Shown: positions 57,719-64,000 of the stretch, piece after piece
Layout of the letters: each line of letters opens with the position of its first letter
Position numbering within the stretch: the stretch's first letter is position 1
The notes under the pieces: generated by a model
Seen by the model: only the letters and a program-made list of their open reading frames with translations
Told to the model about the DNA's origin: nothing
The model's database searches: none
From: an uncultured Pedobacter sp.
GTDB lineage: Bacteria; Bacteroidota; Bacteroidia; Sphingobacteriales; Sphingobacteriaceae
Assembly (NCBI GenBank): GCA_966211215.1
Contig: CBIHNR010000001.1
Span: 22,658 to 86,657, forward strand
DNA length: 64,000 bases
Direction of reading: 5' to 3'
Made by a program: the position numbers and the translations under genes

Positions 57719-58165
57719 ATGGAGAAAGAAAATGAGGTAGAAATTCTTCTGGTGGAAGATAACCTAAACGATGCCGAGCTAACTATAAGGGCATTGCGCA
57801 AACACAACATGGCAAACAACATACTGCACCTAAAGGACGGAGCTGCTGCGCTTGATTTTTTGTTTGGCACAGGCGAGTTTCAGCATAGAGATACAGTTAA
57901 TAATAAGCCGAAAGTAATTTTGCTTGACCTTAAAATGCCCAAAGTTAACGGGCTTGAAGTGCTTGAAAAAATTAAGTCAGAGGAATTAACCAGTACTATC
58001 CCGGTAGTAATTTTAACATCTTCTAAAGAACATCCCGACGTAGAAAAGTGTTATGCTTTGGGCGCAAACAGCTACATCGTAAAACCAGTAGAGTTTGATA
58101 GCTTCTTAAAGGCAGTTTCTGATTTAGGCTTCTACTGGCTGCTTCTAAATCATTCGCCTGTGTAA
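57719..58165 (+). CDS. stand-alone response-regulator receiver protein
   Basis: VEDN..D acidic pocket, phospho-acceptor in ILLDLKMP, T in ILTSS, K in IVKP. No output domain. Confidence 0.9.
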   Translation: MEKENEVEILLVEDNLNDAELTIRALRKHNMANNILHLKDGAAALDFLFGTGEFQHRDTVNNKPKVILLDLKMPKVNGLEVLEKIKSEELTSTIPVVILTSSKEHPDVEKCYALGANSYIVKPVEFDSFLKAVSDLGFYWLLLNHSPV

Positions 58166-58180
58166 ACCTAAATAATAAGG

Positions 58181-60538
58181 ATGAACAAAGTAATTAACAT
58201 ACTCCACTTGGAAGACCTGCCTTCTGATGCCGGCCTGATTGAACGTGTATTACGTAAAGGTAACTTCGAGTTCGACCTCAGGCTGGTAGAAACACGTGAA
58301 GGCTTTGAGGCTGCATTGGATAGCCTGGTGCCAGATATTGTCCTTTCGGACCATTCTTTGCCATCGTTTGACTCTTTCGGGGCTCTTTCAATTTTGAAGG
58401 AAAGAAAACTGAATATTCCGTTCATCCTTATTACTGCAACTATATCTGAAGAATTTGCTGTTGACGTGATGAAGCATGGGGCGGATGACTATATTCTTAA
58501 AGACCGGCTCGAACGTCTTCCTAATGCTGTTTTGCAGGCTATGGAGAAGAAACAGCTGGAAGCCATGCATCAAAAATTTCTGGAAGAAATTATAGCAAAT
58601 GAGGCTTTATTGAAAGAAACCGAGCAGCTGGCCAACATCGGAAGTTTTAAGATAAACTTGCTTAACAACAGCGAGCAATGGTCTGAGCAGCTTTATGAGA
58701 TTCTTGATTACACCCCTGCAGAAACAGAGCCATCCTTAATAAACCTGTTAAACCGCGTCCATAAAAAAGATTTTGAGCGGGTGAGGGATGCTTTTGGCAA
58801 TATAATGAAGTCGCCGGCTGCCATACAGCTCGATTACAAGATTGTAAACGAATCGCGGACCAGGATAAAATTTATACACTCAGAGCTATGGGTTAGAAGC
58901 AATGAGAAGAAGGAAGCGGTAATGATTACTGGCTTTATTCAGGACGTAACGGCAACAAAAAAAGCTGAAGAGAAAATAATCAAAGCCCATCGCTTGTATG
59001 CTTTTATTAGCCAGGTTAACCAGAGTATTATACATGCAAGTGATGAACGTACTGTGTTTAGAGAAGTATGCAGTATTGCTGTAACAACCGGAAAGTTTGG
59101 TATGGCCTGGGTAGGAGAGGTTGATTTAGAACAAAAAAAGATAAACCTGGTAGAAGAATGTGGAGCTAAGGAAGGTGATGTTGAAAGATTTACTAATGTA
59201 TCATACGAGAATAACGGGCCGAAAGAATATGTTGTTAAAGTAGGCTCTTACTATGTCTGTAATGATATTGAGAGGGATCCAATGATGGCCAATTCGCGGT
59301 CGTTTGCGTCTACACGAGGCTTTGGTTCCTGCATAATGCTTCCGATGAAGAAGAATGATGTCCTTTATGGAATCTTTAGTCTGTATTCTGGCGAGACTAA
59401 TTTTTTCGATTTTGAAGAGATTAAATTGCTTGAAGAAGTACTCGGAAATATTTCGTTTGCACTTGATGGCTTCGAAAGAGAAAAGCAAAGAAAAGAAGCT
59501 GAAGAAAAATTGGCTCTTAGCGAAGCTCTGCTAAAGGAGGCGCAGGCAATAGCGCATGTTGGTAACTGGCAATTGAACCTGAGCACGGGCTTATGTACCT
59601 GGTCTGAAGAAACCTGTAAAATACACGGGGTATCTATTTCCGAAAACCTTCAAACCTACGAGTCCTGGCTAGCATTTGTTCATCCGGAGGACCTGGAGGA
59701 GGTGAAGGAGGCCACTCAACAGGCAATGGAAAAATTACGAAGTTTCTCTTTTCACCATCGAATTATAAGAAAAGATGGAGCAATAAGGCACATACATACT
59801 CAAGGGCAATTTAAGTTTCAAAAGGGTAAGGTAGCGAGTTTAAATGGGGTTTCCCATGACGTTACTGAGGAAAAAACTGCTGAAGCAGCCATGCGGAAAA
59901 ATGAAATTTACCTCAAAGGCATTCTTGACTCAACCGACAATGGAATTTTGGCTGTAGATAATGATAATAATGTTATAAACTTTAACAATCGTTTTATAGA
60001 ACTCTGGGATATTCCACCGGCACTTATGGATGGAAATGGTGATATTTTGGGATATCTAAATTCGCAAATAGTTGGATCGGAAGGGCTTAGCACCAATCAA
60101 AATCAACTTAATGATTCAACAAGCTCTAGCCTGGATATTTTGCAGTTAAACAATGGCCGGGTATATGAGCGCTATTCAAATGCGCTTATTCTTAATAATG
60201 AATTTGTAGGGAGGGTTTGGTCGTTTAAAGATATAAGTGAAAGAAGAAAACATATCCAGGATATCGAAGACAAAAATGCTCGTTTAAATGAAATCGCATG
60301 GATCCAATCGCACATAGTTAGGGCACCATTATCGCGCATAATGGGATTGATCGAAATGACCAAAAAGAACTATGAGGCCGGAGTGGTTAAGCCAGAACTG
60401 TTAAATCATCTGTTTAATTCGGCTGTTGAGCTGGATGACATAATAAGATCTATAGTGGACAAAACCGAAACTGTGTTTAATATGAAACATCAGGAAGAAG
60501 ACCCACCGGCATCAACTGTTAATAATGTCGTTGATTAA
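58181..60538 (+). CDS. receiver-PAS-GAF-PAS-PAS protein ending in an H-box/DHp-like segment without an ATPase domain
   Basis: N-terminal REC (LEDLPSD, VLSDHSLP, ILITAT, ILKD). PAS-like segments follow, then a GAF-like region (...FGMAWVGEVD...). The C-terminal SHIVRAPLSRIMGLIEM is followed by only ~70 aa, with no N/G1/G2 boxes. Confidence 0.85.
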   Translation: MNKVINILHLEDLPSDAGLIERVLRKGNFEFDLRLVETREGFEAALDSLVPDIVLSDHSLPSFDSFGALSILKERKLNIPFILITATISEEFAVDVMKHGADDYILKDRLERLPNAVLQAMEKKQLEAMHQKFLEEIIANEALLKETEQLANIGSFKINLLNNSEQWSEQLYEILDYTPAETEPSLINLLNRVHKKDFERVRDAFGNIMKSPAAIQLDYKIVNESRTRIKFIHSELWVRSNEKKEAVMITGFIQDVTATKKAEEKIIKAHRLYAFISQVNQSIIHASDERTVFREVCSIAVTTGKFGMAWVGEVDLEQKKINLVEECGAKEGDVERFTNVSYENNGPKEYVVKVGSYYVCNDIERDPMMANSRSFASTRGFGSCIMLPMKKNDVLYGIFSLYSGETNFFDFEEIKLLEEVLGNISFALDGFEREKQRKEAEEKLALSEALLKEAQAIAHVGNWQLNLSTGLCTWSEETCKIHGVSISENLQTYESWLAFVHPEDLEEVKEATQQAMEKLRSFSFHHRIIRKDGAIRHIHTQGQFKFQKGKVASLNGVSHDVTEEKTAEAAMRKNEIYLKGILDSTDNGILAVDNDNNVINFNNRFIELWDIPPALMDGNGDILGYLNSQIVGSEGLSTNQNQLNDSTSSSLDILQLNNGRVYERYSNALILNNEFVGRVWSFKDISERRKHIQDIEDKNARLNEIAWIQSHIVRAPLSRIMGLIEMTKKNYEAGVVKPELLNHLFNSAVELDDIIRSIVDKTETVFNMKHQEEDPPASTVNNVVD

Positions 60539-60916
60539 TGAAATCTGCCTAATCCGCTCGCAGGTTTCAATATTAAGCGGCTTTTCGATATAATCAATTA
60601 CATGCGAATATTTCTGGGCCTTAACCCGGTCTTCGTAATCAATTGATGAGGTTACTATAATAACAAAGATCTGATCGGAATAAGGCCTTTGCTCAACGGC
60701 GTCGAGAAATTGCCATCCATTCATTACAGGCATATTTATATCCAGTAATATAAGGTAATAATCATCTTTGTTATGTTCGGCGTCTAAATACTCAAGCGCT
60801 TTTTCTGCCTCTTCAAATCCAATAGTTGAAGGAGCCAAGCCACTGTCTGTAACATTGCAATCATGCAATAAAAGAAAAATCTCGTCATCATCAATCACTA
60901 ATACTTTCAATTCCAT
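60512..60916 (-). CDS. stand-alone response-regulator receiver protein
   Basis: VIDDDE pocket, LILLDINMP acceptor, IVTSS, EKP. It is convergent with 58181..60538 and overlaps it by 27 nt. Confidence 0.9.
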   Translation of the reverse strand: MELKVLVIDDDEIFLLLHDCNVTDSGLAPSTIGFEEAEKALEYLDAEHNKDDYYLILLDINMPVMNGWQFLDAVEQRPYSDQIFVIIVTSSIDYEDRVKAQKYSHVIDYIEKPLNIETCERIRQISLINDIINS

Positions 60917-61183
60917 AGGTGTAAGATGTAAGGTAACAGCCTCAGAAAGCCGTTCTGGTATATTATATAAATACTTTCTTTAAAGTAAAGTTTGCAGATA
61001 GTGCTGCATTTTTTTAATCTGAGTTTAAAAAAATACTTTCCTTGTTTGCTCCCTTACCGGGTGGTTAAGTAATTCAATTAAAATAATCATAACACTTTGT
61101 AGTATTGCAGTAATAGCATGCGGCCGGGACGCAAAGCACGATTCTGGGACTACAACAGATTCCACAGAAAATGAGAAGTATGG

Positions 61184-61230
61184 CAGAATTAAACGTGTCA
61201 GGTTTCAAAAACCTGACACGTTTAATTCTG
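61184..61230. repeat. 47-bp perfect palindrome
   Basis: CAGAATTAAACGTGTCAGGTTT-CAA-AAACCTGACACGTTTAATTCTG has 22 perfectly complementary positions on each arm. It has no flanking A/T tracts. It lies in the divergent intergenic region between the receiver gene and the GH32-like gene. Confidence 0.9.
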
Positions 61231-61415
61231 CAAACCGCAACTTCAGGGCGTTGGAAAGGTATATTCCCTTGTCAGATATAATTTTGAAAGCATTTGATAT
61301 GATTTTTAAGCCCTCATCAGCCATATAGCTATAATTTGGCGCATACGAACTTTGCCGTTGCATTGGTAAGATTTCGGAGTGGCTGAAACCAGCTGCGGAT
61401 AAACTAATCACAAAA

Positions 61416-63053
61416 ATGAAACTATCTATTTTTAGGGGAATTCTGGTTGCCGGTATTTGTGCTGCTACGGCTTTGATGGGCTGCAAATCAGAAAAAAGCA
61501 ATGTGAAAAATGACACTGGCAATAATCCGCCACCGGCAAACACATTAAACTGTATAGCTCAATTTGAGCAAACAGACTATAGCATTTACAGGCTTACAGA
61601 TGATGCTGTTCGCATTGGCGATGTAATGCCGTATTTCGATAGCGAGTCTAACCAGTTTAATGTATTCTTTTTAAAGGATATCTGGAACGATGCCGCCCAT
61701 AGACGCCACCCTTGGTATGGCTTAAAAACGAATAATTTTTATGCGTATTCAAGCCTTTCGGCAGGCGAAATTTTAAGTTGCAGCAATCAACCATGCAGCC
61801 AGGATTACGCTTTGGGTACCGGATCAATTATAAAGGCAAACTCAACTTATTATGCCTTTTATACAGGCCATAATCCTAATTATCCTTCATCTTGCGTAAC
61901 AACTAAGGAAGGTATTATGCTGGCTACATCATCCTCTCTTAATTCAAACTTTATAAAAAACACATCCTTTGCTACCATTTATGCCCCGGCAGGACAAGGT
62001 TATGAGACGAACGATAATTTCCGCGACCCCTATGTTTTTTATGATGAGGTGAGCTCGAAGTATTACATGATTATTGCCGCCCGGAAAAACGTTGGAGGAG
62101 CCTGGAAAGGCGTTGTTGCCTATTACACCTCAAGCAATTTAAGTACCTGGGCGTACGAGGGTGTTTTATACGATGGAGGCTTCGATAATTTCTTCATGCT
62201 GGAAACTCCCGAGATTTTCAAAATGGGCTCCACCTATTATTTGCTGTTCTCTGATATAAACTCTAAAAACCTTTACTACCGCAAGTCATCTTCTCTAACC
62301 GGCCCATGGCTAAAGCCCACCGGAAACGACAGGTTTGAGGGGAAAGGGATTTATGCAGCTAAAACTGCCAGCAACGCTTCGGGCGAGCGGTATCTTTTTG
62401 GCTGGACTTATGTTCAGGAGAATAATTCAGATGCGGGCAATGCCCTTTGGGGAGGAAATCTGGTTGCCCATAAAATATACCCTAAAGCCAATGGCGACCT
62501 CGTTGTGGCAATTCCACCAAGCTTGAAAACGTATCTGGAAGGCCAAAACCATACTATCGTGAAAAATAGCCAGGTTGGTAACGTTACCAATACCCAATCG
62601 GGGAAACATTCTTACAATCTAGTAAGCTCAGCGGCGTTTGATATCAGCAACGTAATTTTTGAACCAATAAGCCTGCCTCGCTTTAAAATCAATGCAACGG
62701 TTTCTTACACATCCTCTTCCAAGGATTTTGGATTTATGATAGGCGCCTGCGATGCTACAAATGATTTCTACAGCCTGAGGTTTATCCCATCGCAAAACAG
62801 GTTTAGCCTGGATAAAAAGAGCCGGGCTTTAATAACATCAAGCACCATTGCCGCTACGGATGTACCTTTAACACTCAGCCCCAATACCAACTATTCGGTT
62901 CAGATAGTAATAGAAAATTCCATGCTTGTGGTGTACATTAATGATGAAGTGGCCTTAAGCACCCGGGTTTATAAGGCCAGCAACACCAATTGGGGCGTTT
63001 TTGCCGATAATAGTAATGCTACGTTCAGTAACATCAGCGTAACGAAACCTTAA
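61416..63053 (+). CDS. GH32-like (beta-fructosidase superfamily) lipoprotein with a C-terminal ConA-like domain
   Basis: Lipobox ALMGC. A five-bladed-propeller-type motif set is present: an N-terminal acidic motif region (GDVMPYFD), an RDP motif (FRDPYVF), and an E-x-P motif in place of EC (MLETPEIF). The C-terminal beta-sandwich ends ...FSNISVTKP. The family call is tentative. Confidence 0.6.
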   Translation: MKLSIFRGILVAGICAATALMGCKSEKSNVKNDTGNNPPPANTLNCIAQFEQTDYSIYRLTDDAVRIGDVMPYFDSESNQFNVFFLKDIWNDAAHRRHPWYGLKTNNFYAYSSLSAGEILSCSNQPCSQDYALGTGSIIKANSTYYAFYTGHNPNYPSSCVTTKEGIMLATSSSLNSNFIKNTSFATIYAPAGQGYETNDNFRDPYVFYDEVSSKYYMIIAARKNVGGAWKGVVAYYTSSNLSTWAYEGVLYDGGFDNFFMLETPEIFKMGSTYYLLFSDINSKNLYYRKSSSLTGPWLKPTGNDRFEGKGIYAAKTASNASGERYLFGWTYVQENNSDAGNALWGGNLVAHKIYPKANGDLVVAIPPSLKTYLEGQNHTIVKNSQVGNVTNTQSGKHSYNLVSSAAFDISNVIFEPISLPRFKINATVSYTSSSKDFGFMIGACDATNDFYSLRFIPSQNRFSLDKKSRALITSSTIAATDVPLTLSPNTNYSVQIVIENSMLVVYINDEVALSTRVYKASNTNWGVFADNSNATFSNISVTKP

Positions 63054-63079
63054 GGGAAGAAGCATCCGATGAGCCGACG

Positions 63080-63856
63080 ATGGAAGTAAAAGGTAAAGAG
63101 CCAGTTCCCGAAACAGTGCCCGTTGTCTTTTATGATAATCCAAAAATTTCCGATCGTTTGTATGCAATTGTCCGTGAGAAGAAGTTATTTCATTCCGGCC
63201 ACTTTCACTGAAGTGATACGTCTCGGGCACATAATTGGATAGATGTATCCAAACTGCTTGAAAATAACGAAGATCTTTAATGCGATTATCGATGTAGTGG
63301 ATAGGTTTAATCTGGCAGACAACGCAAGTCTCATTATCGGGCTAGGTTATGGAGGAAATATCATATTCGGGAAAGCCTCAATTACTCAATTAAATATAAT
63401 ATCCCCCTATACCTCGCTGCCTTATTCTTACCGATATAATGACCATCATGATTATGAAAAGAAACTCAATTTCGACAATGGAGCAGGCGACTTTAAAAAA
63501 GTCATAATTATCAGCGATGTTGTTAATGACGGTCGGACAATTAGAAAGTTGTCGGTAAACGTGAAAAGGCTTTTTTCGAGAAAGTTGAGCAGATCGTCGT
63601 GATTTCTCTATTTTATACTGGACATATGAGGATTGGTACAGAAATTCTAAATTTAAGCGCCTCTGCTGAGGATTTTGACCCTGCAAACGACCATGAAGTT
63701 GATAAAATTCAGTATTACACGGTCAATACGTTGCGGTTAGAAAAGTGCCCTTATGGCAGTGACTATAAGGAAGCATGTTTTATTTACATGGACGAGCTCA
63801 GTTGCGTGCATCCCTTTTATGATGAAAATGCGAAGGAAGAGGAAGATAAACCTTGA
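63080..63856 (+). pseudogene. phosphoribosyltransferase-like gene disrupted by an in-frame TGA and two frameshifts
   Basis: Piece 1 (63080..63208) is MEVKGKEPV...LFHSGHFH, then TGA at 63209. The same frame continues SDTSRAHNWIDVSKLLENNEDL to a TAA at 63278. Piece 2 (63243..63602) is in another frame and carries the PRPP loop VIIISDVVNDGRTIRKL. Piece 3 (63599..63856) is in a third frame, which is open from 63545 (KVVGKREKAFFEKVEQIVVISLFYTG). Joined together, the pieces follow the canonical type-I PRTase order. Confidence 0.45.
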
Positions 63857-64000
63857 TTTATTTTTGCAAATCTGGGATATGAACAAAATCAGTTTGTAGA
63901 TCAACTTAAAATCATCCTCCTAAGCAGGGGGAAAAGAGTGTTGGAAATTTATGGAGTGCGATAACTGATCCTAAAGTTATTTTTGCAAAGGCATTAAAAG

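Noticed and set aside
61205-61543. 112-aa minus-strand ORF
   Set aside because: It overlaps the palindrome and the 5' end, including the lipoprotein signal peptide, of the GH32-like gene. It has no motifs.
62955-63230. 91-aa minus-strand ORF
   Set aside because: It is antisense to the GH32-like 3' end and to the first fragment of the PRTase-like pseudogene. It has no motifs.
1-64000. CRISPR arrays, rRNA, integrases/transposases, prophage genes
   Set aside because: No regularly spaced direct repeats, rRNA-like sequence, or recombinase/transposase motifs were seen in any listed ORF or gap.

Overview
This window looks like a 64-kb chromosomal segment of a Bacteroidota genome, probably Sphingobacteriia-like. 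The evidence is TAnnTTTG -7 promoter boxes just upstream of starts, a PorT-like gene, a T9SS C-terminal sorting domain, and the nadK-uppS-bamA-skp-skp gene order. This is inference only; no database search was possible and every family call was made by eye from motifs in the supplied translations. The left ~25 kb is housekeeping: sufBCDS (minus strand), ubiE/menG-porT, an SDR, a YqeY-like gene, an alpha/beta hydrolase, a CBS protein, nadK, uppS, bamA, two skp/ompH genes, a stand-alone nuoHIJKLMN operon and purF. From 25-47 kb the content is mixed metabolic, transport and stress genes: a LysE exporter, a sugar MFS, dCMP deaminase, SDR, CinA-C, an M16 peptidase pair, pfkB, a di-iron-like protein, dgt, two AraC regulators, a transporter, Rrf2-hmp, GH3/GH43, and an ArsR-rhodanese / rhodanese-MBL / MFS sulfur cluster. 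A lone tRNA-Arg(CCG) at 47.9 kb precedes a region that looks accessory. That region holds a 2175-aa T9SS-targeted multidomain protein with an internal ~600-bp duplication and a 165-bp MITE-like element with 19-bp terminal inverted repeats and an 8-bp flanking duplication. It also holds a YfiR-like / CHASE8-like kinase / three-receiver signalling cluster with no recognisable output domain, a 47-bp perfect palindrome, a GH32-like lipoprotein, and a decayed phosphoribosyltransferase-like gene. The best candidates for something undescribed are the signalling cluster next to the giant secreted protein, and the fused ArsR-rhodanese sulfur module. No CRISPR array, rRNA, integrase or transposase was seen.
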